Assembly: GCA_049322475.1 (NCBI GenBank)
Contig: JBMOQZ010000309.1
Span: 1,320 to 65,319, forward strand
From: Myxococcota bacterium
GTDB lineage: Bacteria > Myxococcota_A > UBA796 > SXON01
DNA length: 64,000 nucleotides
Direction: 5' to 3'
The translations under genes were made by a program, and so were the position numbers. Below, piece after piece: positions 1 to 8,901 of the stretch (within the stretch, counting starts at the first letter, position 1; each line of letters starts with the position of its first letter). The notes below the pieces were generated by a model that saw nothing but the letters and a program-made list of their open reading frames with translations, had not been told where the DNA came from and searched no databases.

Positions 1-4
1 CGCC

Positions 5-3000
5 GTGGCGGCGTCTCTGGTCTTGGCTCTCCGCGCGGCCGCGAAGGGAAACATGGCTTTCCCCGACATCTCCGCAGCGCGACGTGCCGTCACGCTGTCG
101 CTCGCGAGCGGGGGCGACCGGACCTTCGCTACCGCCGTGCGCGCCCATCTCCGCGACCAACCGGTCGTGCTTCTGGATGACGGGGAGCGTTTCGCCCCGC
201 CGTCGCTCGCGCGCCGGGTGAGTGACGAGGACGCGGCCCTCATCGATCTCGTCGAGGACCGCCTGGGTGGCGCAGCCTTGCCCGCACACGGCGTGGAGCT
301 CGTCGACCGGTCCATCGAGGCGTCGTCGACCAGCCTCCTCGCGGAACTCGGGGTGCCGGCACTGAAGCCCGCGGAGCTGCTGGCGCGCGCGCCGGGCCGG
401 GATTCGGTGGTCGAACGGGTCGCGGCCGCGCTCCCCCGCCCACACGCGGGCTGGACCACGCTGCTCGCGTGGTTCCTGACCCGCGTTCCGACGGGCGCCG
501 AGGACCAGCGGCTACTGCCGGTCGCAGGCGGCGGGCTCGTGCCCATCCAAGCTCGGCCGTTCCTCCCGCTCCAGGCCGCGCCCGCAGAAGGCGAGCTGCG
601 GGCAGGCGACGTGCCCGCGGAACTTCTCGCGGACCTCGCTTTCATCGACTCGGCAGTTCTCGCGGGGAGCGACGACCTTCGGCGCATGCTGTCGGAAGGC
701 CAACGGCCGGTCGCCCAGCGGGCCATCGCGGCTGCGGCGATCCGCCTCGCGGTCGTGCCGGCGATCAACCGAGCTGCCGACGCGGGCGACGATTTTCGCG
801 GACGGGAGCTGCTCGCGCTCGCGCTGCGGCTCCTCGCCAACGTCGCCGGGAGCGAGAACGTGAGCGGGTACGGTTGGCGAGTGCCATGCACGACCGGCTG
901 GATTCCAGCGGATGCGGCGTACCTCGGCGATGCCTGGGACGACGAGCGCGAGGCCGATGATCCGCCGGGCATCGCCGAGATCGCCTTCGCGTCAATCGGC
1001 CGCTGCATGATCCCGTGGTGGGGCCCGTCAGGGGACCGGGCAAAGGCACGGCAAGCCCTGCTGCGGATCGGGCTCGACGACGCGCCTCGGATCTGGGTGT
1101 ACGAACCGGTGCAGGCCGCGATCTGGGGGGACTACCACCAGGGTACGCCGCAGCCGGTCGCGCCTCCCGGCGCTGTGCCCGCGGAAGTGTGGCGGGCCTA
1201 CCTGACCTTCGTCTGCCAGTCCACCAACGTGGACTGGGGACCGCAGACGGCGTGGCGCCTCGAAGGCCTGGAGTGGGTGGACGGCCTTGAACGCGCCGAT
1301 GCCGCGCCTTCTATCGCCGCCTGGGCGCTCTCGCAGAAGGCGGACCCCGCCTCTCTCCTCCCGACGAACCCGCGGCGCTACAAGGCCGGCGCGCACATCG
1401 TCCAGCTCTGGCCGTTCGCGATCCGTCGGCTGGACGCGGCGTGGGTACCGTCCCACGCATCCTGCAGTCTGAAGGGCCGTCTCGCGCGGCCGAGCGAGGT
1501 GTGCCGTGTCCCCGCCGCGAGCAAGGACGTTCCTGCATGGCTCCCGCGGGCTGCGGACGAGCTGAACGCCGACACGCTCGCGAGCGTCGGCGTCCGTGCG
1601 CTCTCCGAAATGCCCGCTTCCTGGATCGTCTCTCAACTCTCGGCGTTCGCGGCCACGCTCGATCCCGAGAAGAAGAACGGTGTCGTAGCTCGGGGGCTGT
1701 GGAGGCTGCTCAACGCCCGCGCCGCCAAAGAGGCTCTCGTGGGGGTTCCGGAGGCCGTACTGCCGGTGTGGCTCGCGGGTACCGTCGTCGGTGTGAAGGG
1801 CACCGAGATCACGCGACTGGTGATCGTCGACAACGCCTACGATGCCGAGGTGCTGGGCGAGCAGCTCGACGGCGTGCACATGCTGGACCCGGAGGGCGAG
1901 GACTGGCGATCTCTCGCCCTGCGCCTCCGCGAGGGTTTGCCCGGGGCGACGATTGAACTGGTGAGCGAGCTCGACTACCCGTACGAGGCCGACGCATCGA
2001 TTCCCTCGCTGTCGCTCGTCGGGGTGGTGACGAAGGCGTTTGGCGCGCCCGTGGTCGCCGCAATCGCCGCGCTGCTGCGGCAGCCCAAGCCCGGCGTGCA
2101 GCACAAGGACGTCGAGCGGGCGTGGACGGCGTTCGGGTCGGCCAAGGTGCAGATCGGGACGCTGCCGACGACGGCGCCGCCTGCGGTGTGGCTCGTCGGC
2201 GACAACACGCTCGTGTGCCAGGCGATCAGCGCCGCCGACGTCGTCGTGGCGATGTGGCCGGTCGTGGGCGCGGCGTGGAGACACCAGCTCCTTGCGCTCG
2301 GTCACGCACTCGGCCGCGGTGACCGGGCCTTCCGAGACTTCCTGCGCCACGAGGGCATCACGGAGGCGATGCTCGATGAGGCGGCATCCCGTCTGGGGGC
2401 CGCTAGGCTCATCGCGCCTTTCGTGCGCCCCGATGCTGGCGCGGTCCGCCCCTCCCAGCCCGGGTTTCACGCACTCGCTCCCTCGGAAGCTGAGTTCGGC
2501 GACGAGCTTGCCGACGGCGATGGCGAGGACGGCATCGACCTCGACGCGGCACGCGAGCGGGTGCGTTCCGCGCCGGCGTTGCTGGAGTTCGACGCGATTC
2601 CCGGCGTGGACACCGCTCCCCCGCGCTCACCCTCCCGTCCGTCGGGGGGCGGGCCGCGCGGGGGGGCTCGGCCACCGGGATCTCGCGCTCACGGCCACGG
2701 AGACGACGAGTACGCGCGTCAAATCGGCCACCTCGGCGAGCATTTCGCCTACCGAGCCCTTTGCGCGACGCTGCCGGGCTTCGACGAGTCGTGTTGGAAG
2801 TCCTCCTCGCGCGCGCTCGCGGGGCTCCCCGGCGGGGACGACACGCTCGGCTTCGACTTCCACTACGTCGACGTCAGCGGCCAGTTGTCCGGCGAGCCCG
2901 GCGCCGAGTGCTTCATCGAGGTCAAGTCCAACGCGAGGCGCGCCCGCTCTCGCTTCACGCTGAGCAACAACGAGTGGAAGCTCGCGCAGCAGTGCCACGG

Positions 3001-3214
3001 CTCCGCCAATCGGCGGTTCGTCATCCTCCGCGTCGCCGGAATCGCGGACTCGCCCGAGGTCGCCGCAGTCATCGTCGACCCGGTGCGCGCCGTCCAAGCC
3101 GGTGAGCTCATGCTGACCCCGAAGGACGGATGGTGGGTCGATCACGAAGCGGCGGACACCCTCGTCTTCGTTCCGAGCAGCGGTGAGGCGATCGGGGAGC
3201 CGGTTCGCCGTTGA
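5..3214 (+). CDS. Large (>1069 aa) conflict-island protein with C-terminal DUF3883-like restriction-endonuclease-fold domain; 5' end probably lies outside the window
   Basis: Reading frame is open to the window edge and is the only coherent frame over 3.2 kb. C-terminal ~140 aa (HLGEHFAYRAL..LGFDFHYVD..ECFIEVKS..FTLSNNEWK..RFVILRV) shows a D..E-x-K type core laid out as I recall for DUF3883. No search run. Confidence 0.6.
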   Translation: MAASLVLALRAAAKGNMAFPDISAARRAVTLSLASGGDRTFATAVRAHLRDQPVVLLDDGERFAPPSLARRVSDEDAALIDLVEDRLGGAALPAHGVELVDRSIEASSTSLLAELGVPALKPAELLARAPGRDSVVERVAAALPRPHAGWTTLLAWFLTRVPTGAEDQRLLPVAGGGLVPIQARPFLPLQAAPAEGELRAGDVPAELLADLAFIDSAVLAGSDDLRRMLSEGQRPVAQRAIAAAAIRLAVVPAINRAADAGDDFRGRELLALALRLLANVAGSENVSGYGWRVPCTTGWIPADAAYLGDAWDDEREADDPPGIAEIAFASIGRCMIPWWGPSGDRAKARQALLRIGLDDAPRIWVYEPVQAAIWGDYHQGTPQPVAPPGAVPAEVWRAYLTFVCQSTNVDWGPQTAWRLEGLEWVDGLERADAAPSIAAWALSQKADPASLLPTNPRRYKAGAHIVQLWPFAIRRLDAAWVPSHASCSLKGRLARPSEVCRVPAASKDVPAWLPRAADELNADTLASVGVRALSEMPASWIVSQLSAFAATLDPEKKNGVVARGLWRLLNARAAKEALVGVPEAVLPVWLAGTVVGVKGTEITRLVIVDNAYDAEVLGEQLDGVHMLDPEGEDWRSLALRLREGLPGATIELVSELDYPYEADASIPSLSLVGVVTKAFGAPVVAAIAALLRQPKPGVQHKDVERAWTAFGSAKVQIGTLPTTAPPAVWLVGDNTLVCQAISAADVVVAMWPVVGAAWRHQLLALGHALGRGDRAFRDFLRHEGITEAMLDEAASRLGAARLIAPFVRPDAGAVRPSQPGFHALAPSEAEFGDELADGDGEDGIDLDAARERVRSAPALLEFDAIPGVDTAPPRSPSRPSGGGPRGGARPPGSRAHGHGDDEYARQIGHLGEHFAYRALCATLPGFDESCWKSSSRALAGLPGGDDTLGFDFHYVDVSGQLSGEPGAECFIEVKSNARRARSRFTLSNNEWKLAQQCHGSANRRFVILRVAGIADSPEVAAVIVDPVRAVQAGELMLTPKDGWWVDHEAADTLVFVPSSGEAIGEPVRR

Positions 3215-3407
3215 CGACGCCGACGCGCCTGGCTACCCTCTCCGTGGGTTCGGAGAGGCCCAGCAGGTTCGTCGGCGCCGCCAACGCCGGAAGCAAGCTC
3301 TCCTTCAAAGTCGACTCCACTCCAACATTCAGACACTTGCCCTTCGCGGGCTTCCCGCTTCCCACTGGCGGCCATCGGGGAGGCTGGGTCGCTACGTGGA
3401 GGATCGC

Positions 3408-5207
3408 ATGTCTGATGAACGCAAGCCGGGCGAGCTCGGCTTCCTGCTCCTGCGCGACGGTCACGCCGTCCCGCTCTCCGGGGTCTCGCCGGAGGAGATC
3501 AAGGCCGGGGCCGGCCACCTCGTCCCGCACCCCGACGCCGACCCGCTGAAGCACAACCGCACGCTCACCGCGATCGTGGATCGGCTGGGCTTCCGGGGCG
3601 ACTTCGGCAACTACAAGCACGACGGCTGGCCGCGGTTCGAGGCTTTCCTGCGTGCGAACGGCTGCACGCACCGGGCGAGGATGTTCCCGGCGGACCACGG
3701 CGGGTGCATCGACCTGGGCCTGAGGCCGGTCTGGGGCCCGACGCGCCGGCAGCTCGCGGACCGCGTCTTCGAGTCGGACACGTCGCGGCCGGAGCGTGTG
3801 TTCCTCGGCTACGGCGTCGACTGGGCGGCATGGGACAGCGGGTCGGGCCACGCGGCGCCGAGCGCGGCGATCCCGCTCGTCGGAGGCGACCCCGAGACGG
3901 CGCGTCGTCGCGCCGAGGACCTCTTCAGGCATCGCCTCGACCTCGCCAGCCAGTGGGGCTTCCTCGACGACAAGCTCGTGGCCGGCCCGGTTCGGCACCT
4001 GATCGACAAGAGCTACTGGCCGCCCGGCTCCACGTCAGAGCAGCGTGCGGCGCATCTCGAGGAGGTGCGGGCCGCCGTTCTCGCGTTCCGCGCCGTGTTC
4101 GACGCTCGCCCGGAAGGCTGGGTCGACGTGCTCCGGTTCAACGAGCGCATGGTCGTGCTCCGCGCCGCCGACGGCGCCTGGGATGTGCTCTGGCGCGCGT
4201 ACCGCGAGGCTGAGCCGCCGAAGCCCACCGACGTGAGCCGGTCGAGCGACCTGGCCGTCGAGGACCTCCCGATGATGCTCATGGGGGAGAGCGACCATCG
4301 GCGCTCGCTCCACTTCCGTCAGGAGGTCTGGGAAGAGCACGAAGCGCACGCCGCCGAGCAGGCTTTCTACGACCGGGGCGGCACCATGCTGGAGCGCCGT
4401 CTCGCCGCGGAGAGCGACGTCCGCCTCGCGTGGCTCCGGGAGAACGGGCGCTTGCCCGCCCCCGAGCGGCTGTTCTGGACCGGTGTGGTGCCCGCGGGGT
4501 TCCGCGTCGTCGTGGTCGGAGGGCGTCGCCTTGCGGTGAGCGGGCTGGTTTCCGTGGGCGACTTCCGGCGCATGCTCGTCGAGACGGGCTACCTCGAACG
4601 GCGCGCGCAACGTGCCGATTCCTGGGAGCGAGCCAACGACGGCGTTCCGTCCGACGATCCCGTGGGTGCCACCTGGGCCGACGCTCAGGCGTACTGCGCG
4701 TGGATCGAGCGGCAGTTTGGCGTCGCGGTCCGCCTGCCGCTGAAGGCCGAGCTTCGGGCGATGCGGCCGTTCTACTCCGAGCGGTACGCGAAGCTGGCCG
4801 AGCTCGACTTCCCCTGGGAGAACTACCCCCCGCGGCCGATCGTCGAGAAGGACGCCGGGGGAGAGGAGTGCCGGCGCGCCCTCCCTTCGGCCGTGGCGTG
4901 GGCCGAGCCCCGCTTCCACGAGCCCGGCCCCGACTTGGCGGAGTTCCCGCCGCCGAGCGGGTGGAGCCGTCAGTCCCGGAAGCGCTGGATCGTCGATTTC
5001 CCGCCGGCGGCTGGCTGGACGGCGGATCTGCCCTGGCAGGAGTACGCCGGGCTCCGCTTCATCGACGCCTGGGACGCGTACGAGTGGTGCCAAGAGTCCG
5101 GGTGGATCAGCGGGCGCTTCTGGGAGGGCTCGATCGGATCGACCTCGTGGGGCGCCTACAAGAACGTCAAGGTGAGCTTCCGGCTCGTCCTCGAACTCGG
5201 GGAGTGA
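3408..5207 (+). CDS. Protein with C-terminal FGE-sulfatase/SUMF1-type (FGS) domain; N-terminal 400 aa unassigned
   Basis: ATG at 3408 inside ORF 3183..5207. C-terminal third carries SUMF1-like strings (GATWADAQAYCAWIERQFGVAVRLPLKAELR; AYEWCQESGW; FRLVLE). Confidence 0.65.
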   Translation: MSDERKPGELGFLLLRDGHAVPLSGVSPEEIKAGAGHLVPHPDADPLKHNRTLTAIVDRLGFRGDFGNYKHDGWPRFEAFLRANGCTHRARMFPADHGGCIDLGLRPVWGPTRRQLADRVFESDTSRPERVFLGYGVDWAAWDSGSGHAAPSAAIPLVGGDPETARRRAEDLFRHRLDLASQWGFLDDKLVAGPVRHLIDKSYWPPGSTSEQRAAHLEEVRAAVLAFRAVFDARPEGWVDVLRFNERMVVLRAADGAWDVLWRAYREAEPPKPTDVSRSSDLAVEDLPMMLMGESDHRRSLHFRQEVWEEHEAHAAEQAFYDRGGTMLERRLAAESDVRLAWLRENGRLPAPERLFWTGVVPAGFRVVVVGGRRLAVSGLVSVGDFRRMLVETGYLERRAQRADSWERANDGVPSDDPVGATWADAQAYCAWIERQFGVAVRLPLKAELRAMRPFYSERYAKLAELDFPWENYPPRPIVEKDAGGEECRRALPSAVAWAEPRFHEPGPDLAEFPPPSGWSRQSRKRWIVDFPPAAGWTADLPWQEYAGLRFIDAWDAYEWCQESGWISGRFWEGSIGSTSWGAYKNVKVSFRLVLELGE

Positions 5208-5210
5208 GCT

Positions 5211-5549
5211 ATGCTGCGGACCCACTCTGCCGGCTGCACCAGCCGGCGGGGCACGCCGCTGCGTGCCTTCGACAATGAGTTCTCGGCCGAGGAAGGCGCC
5301 CGCCATGCCCTCGTGGCCCACGGGAGCCGGATGCTCCCCTACCGCTGCGATCGCTGCGGTCGCTGGCACCTGTGTGACGCGGCGAGGCATACGCCGAGCC
5401 ACCGGTGCGTCGCCTGCTCCAAGGAGTCGTACGAAACGCGGGAATGTGCGGAGCGACGCGCGGCGATCCTGCTCGACGAGCGCGGCGTCCGCCTTCGGGT
5501 CTACGCCTGCCCCGTCGGGGACGGGTGGCACCTGACGAAGCGGATGTAG
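5211..5549 (+). CDS. Small zinc-ribbon-like protein
   Basis: Starts 4 nt after the preceding stop, so it is probably co-transcribed. Cys/His knuckles: YRCDRCGRWHLC, HRCVACS, YACPVGDGWHLT. Confidence 0.45.
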   Translation: MLRTHSAGCTSRRGTPLRAFDNEFSAEEGARHALVAHGSRMLPYRCDRCGRWHLCDAARHTPSHRCVACSKESYETRECAERRAAILLDERGVRLRVYACPVGDGWHLTKRM

Positions 5550-5810
5550 TAGATGACGGCCCGTCCGAGCGACGGGCCGTCTTGAGGCCGCCGCGCGCCT
5601 TCCGGGGGCGCGTGGACCTGGTCCGGCTCTAGGCCCTCCGCGGCGGACTTCCACGCCATGAGGCGCCCCGGCTCGCGAAGGCGTGCTCCGGCTCCACATC
5701 GAGCGCGAGGTGTTCCCGAGGGTGTAGCGACAGCGGGCGACCGACCGCGCGGAACTCAAGCCGATGACTGTGTGGGAACGAGCGAGGTACAAGGGGCGGA
5801 TCGCCACTTG

Positions 5811-7754
5811 ATGGAAGCGCTCGACGTCGCGTTCGCTATGATGTCGGGCCGCCTGTCTTTCTCACCACCGGAGACCCCCTTGAACAACAACGTCCTCACC
5901 GTGGAGCAGCTCTTTTCCGAACGCCTCTTCTCCATCCCCGCCTACCAACGCGGGTACGCCTGGGAGGGCCGCCATCGGTCGGAGTTCCTCCAGGATCTGG
6001 AGCTCCTGCCCGAGGGGAAGGACCACTACACCGGTACCGTCGTGTTGCACTCGTCGGGTGCCTCCGGCAGGGTGTCCGACGAGGAGGGCCGTAGCTACGG
6101 CACCTTCGACGTAGTCGACGGCCAGCAGCGTCTGACGACGACCGTGTTGCTGCTCGACGCCATCCACAAGGCGTTCAGCGCCCTGCCCGGCAAGGGCAAG
6201 TTCGCCGACGGCGTGCGCAAGTCCTACGTCATGGCGCAGGGCTTCGACGGCCAGCCCCTGTTGCGACTCCGGCTCAACCCGGACTGCCGGGCGTACTGGG
6301 AGGAGGTTGTGCTCGCCTCGAAACCGTCCCCTACGGCGCCGACCATTCAGTCGCACCGGCGATTGCGTGACGGGCAGGCGCAGTTCGCGGGTTACCTCGC
6401 CGACCAGCGCGCCTCGCGCGGGAATGGGTGGGAGCCTTTCCTGCTGGGTCTATACCGCAAGGTCACCCAGCAGCTCAAGTTCAGCTTGTACGAGGTAGGC
6501 GCGACGTCCGACGTTGGCGTCATCTTCGAGACGATGAACAACCGGGGCAAGCCGCTCTCCGAGCTGGAGAAGGTGAAGAACTACCTGCTCTACATGTCCT
6601 CCAAGGTGGACGTCGAAGGGCACGATCTCGCAGATCGCGTCAACGCGGCCTGGGCCGACATTTTCGAGCACCTGATGGCCGCGGACCTCACGGGCGCCGA
6701 CGACGAGAACCAAGTGCTGCGGTGCCACTGGCTCACCGCCTACAACCACGACCGCCGCACCTGGAACGGGAGCCAGGGGATCAAGGACCGGTTCCCCCTC
6801 TCGAAGTACGCCGGCAGCCACAAGAAGCTGCTGGACGACCTCCAATCGTATACGCGTTCACTCCGCGACGTCGCCGTCGCGTACGCCGACGCCGCCAACC
6901 CCGGCAGGACGGGCGCGTTCGCCAGCTACGGGACCAATGCGCCGGAGATCCAGCGGTTGAGCGAGAAGCTGCTCCGCATGCGTGTCCTGGCGACGTTCCT
7001 TCCGCTGCTCGTGGGCACCCGGCTTCGCTACCCCGGCGATGCCAAGAAGTACCTTGCGGTCGTGGACTTCTGCGAGCGGTTCGCGTTCCGCGTGTACCGG
7101 CTCCTCGGGACGCGCGCGAACGCCGGGCAGTCCCGTCTCTTCCAGATCGGGCATCAGGTGTACCACGGCCAGGTCAGCCTTGAGACCGCGCTCCAACAGC
7201 TCTACGGCGCCCTCCGCTACTACTGCCCCGACGAGGACTTCACCGCCTCGCTCGAGGAAGTCGAGGACTGGTACTCCTGGTACGGGCTCAAGTACTTCCT
7301 GTACGAGTACGAGGAGCACCTCGCCGCGGGCCACGCCATCAAGTTCAGCTGGGCCGAGGTCGACAAGCGCGACCTCGACAAGACCATCGAGCACATCCTC
7401 CCGCAGACGCCCAGCGACCCCTACTGGAAGGAGAACTTCGACCTGTCCGACCGCCGGAAGTACACCGACGACATCGGCAACCTCGTCCTGACGCAGCACA
7501 ACGGGTCACTCGGGGCGAAGGCGTTCGGGGAGAAGAAGGGGAAGCCCGGCCAGGAGAAGCCCTGCTACGTCACCTCCGTCTTGTTCCAGGAGCAGGAGCT
7601 GGGCAAGTACGCCAACTGGACGCCCACAAACCTCCTCCAGCGTCGTAAGAAGATCATGAAATGGGCGGCGGAGCGCTGGGCAATTCCGACCCCCTACAGG
7701 TCGAGCGAGGCGGCGGCGCCATCGCCCGCGGAGGCGGAACTGGACGAGGAATAG
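5811..7754 (+). CDS. GmrSD-like DUF262/DUF1524 nuclease (type IV, modification-dependent restriction family)
   Basis: ATG at 5811 in ORF 5658..7754. N-terminal DUF262 strings (FSIPAYQRGYAWE, VDGQQRLTT) and C-terminal DUF1524 His-Me-finger-like strings (IEHILPQTPS, IGNLVLTQHNGSLGAK). Confidence 0.8.
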   Translation: MEALDVAFAMMSGRLSFSPPETPLNNNVLTVEQLFSERLFSIPAYQRGYAWEGRHRSEFLQDLELLPEGKDHYTGTVVLHSSGASGRVSDEEGRSYGTFDVVDGQQRLTTTVLLLDAIHKAFSALPGKGKFADGVRKSYVMAQGFDGQPLLRLRLNPDCRAYWEEVVLASKPSPTAPTIQSHRRLRDGQAQFAGYLADQRASRGNGWEPFLLGLYRKVTQQLKFSLYEVGATSDVGVIFETMNNRGKPLSELEKVKNYLLYMSSKVDVEGHDLADRVNAAWADIFEHLMAADLTGADDENQVLRCHWLTAYNHDRRTWNGSQGIKDRFPLSKYAGSHKKLLDDLQSYTRSLRDVAVAYADAANPGRTGAFASYGTNAPEIQRLSEKLLRMRVLATFLPLLVGTRLRYPGDAKKYLAVVDFCERFAFRVYRLLGTRANAGQSRLFQIGHQVYHGQVSLETALQQLYGALRYYCPDEDFTASLEEVEDWYSWYGLKYFLYEYEEHLAAGHAIKFSWAEVDKRDLDKTIEHILPQTPSDPYWKENFDLSDRRKYTDDIGNLVLTQHNGSLGAKAFGEKKGKPGQEKPCYVTSVLFQEQELGKYANWTPTNLLQRRKKIMKWAAERWAIPTPYRSSEAAAPSPAEAELDEE

Positions 7755-7763
7755 CGAGCGGCC

Positions 7764-8225
7764 TCAGGACCGACGGCCGACCGCTTCCTGAAGGCGTCGG
7801 CCGATCGCCTGAGGCACCGTGAAGACGTACCCCTGCTTCTGGTTGCGGTTCCTGTCGAGCGGAAGGCCCGTACCGAGAAGTTGCGCGGCCTCTTCCGTAG
7901 AGAGGAGGCTGAAAATCGGGCGAGGCTCAGGAAGCTCCTGCCATTTCACGGTGATGCCCCGGCCGTCCGGACGGCCTCCCAGCCTCGCGGGCTTCGTGTA
8001 GCACTCGGGGTAGGGCATCCTGCGCCCGCAGGCCGTCGCGGTGAGGATCGCCGCCAGCCCCTTCGCGCGGACGGAGAACAGTACGTCGCCCGCTGCCACG
8101 CTCTCGATGCGGCGCCAATGCGCCGGATCGCGCCCGCCCGCGTCCTTCAGCGGCGCGAAAAGGAGCGAGCAACCGCGCTCGTCAACGATCGCGTCAGCGG
8201 AGTGGTTGATCCACCAGTAGTTCAT
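7764..8225 (-). CDS. PUA-like/EVE-like small beta-barrel protein (tentative); paralogue of 47801..48295
   Basis: The second ATG (8225) has GGAGG about 6 nt upstream. The MNYWWINHS start and GDVLFSVRAKGLAAI resemble EVE/ASCH-type PUA-like domains. It aligns along its length with the 47801 protein (AP..D..G..P.W..V..GDV..S.RA...L.AT..G, ELP.PR, G.G.PLD, GY). Confidence 0.5.
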   Translation of the reverse strand: MNYWWINHSADAIVDERGCSLLFAPLKDAGGRDPAHWRRIESVAAGDVLFSVRAKGLAAILTATACGRRMPYPECYTKPARLGGRPDGRGITVKWQELPEPRPIFSLLSTEEAAQLLGTGLPLDRNRNQKQGYVFTVPQAIGRRLQEAVGRRS

Positions 8226-8250
8226 GGACGCCTCCTGCGCCATCGAGGCG

Positions 8251-8793
8251 CTAAGGCTGGTCTTGAGCGACGATGCGCTCGTACCAGTCCTTTCGGTTTT
8301 TCACAGCGTACAGCAGGGCCTTGTGGAGGTTTTCGAGGGGGAGCGCCGAGTACCGCCCGATTTCCTTCTCAAAGTCGAACGCGCAGGCGCGGAGCTTCCA
8401 CGCCACCTGCTGCCGCATCCAGGGTTCGGACGGAACTTCTTTGGCAAACAGCATCCAGCCGAGGGAGCTGGCGTGTGCCTTGAGGAGGTTCAAGTAGACG
8501 ACGGTGTCCTTCGCCGCAGGCGGAAGCTCCCCGCGTTCCTGGGCCGCGATAATGGCATCCTGAAACTGGTCGAGAAGCTCGTCCGACATGTTCGGATCTT
8601 CCAGCTGAAACGCGGCATGAATGCTGCTCATCATCTCGGAAATCGACTTCTCATTGAGCCTCTCCGAGCGCGCTTCAACACGCTTCAGGCTTCCCTCGAA
8701 CGATGCCGTGTAGGCAGTACGTCTTGTGCGCCAGCCTCCGCGGACACGGTCATTCTCCGCGATCCACTGCTGATACTGCGCTTCCGACTCCAT
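8251..8793 (-). CDS. Hypothetical protein (180 aa), visibly A/T-richer gene
   Basis: ATG at 8793 is preceded by AGGAGG with 8-nt spacing. The ORF sits between the GTPase and the PUA-like gene on the same strand with short gaps. No motif recognised. Confidence 0.55.
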   Translation of the reverse strand: MESEAQYQQWIAENDRVRGGWRTRRTAYTASFEGSLKRVEARSERLNEKSISEMMSSIHAAFQLEDPNMSDELLDQFQDAIIAAQERGELPPAAKDTVVYLNLLKAHASSLGWMLFAKEVPSEPWMRQQVAWKLRACAFDFEKEIGRYSALPLENLHKALLYAVKNRKDWYERIVAQDQP

Positions 8794-8901
8794 GTTTGCT
8801 TCCTCCTGCACGCGATGGCCGGCCGATAGTACGCCACCTATTAGCTACTCCGCCGCGCATCCGAACTCACCAAGTGAGCCCGGCGGTACCGCCTTCAGCC
8901 T

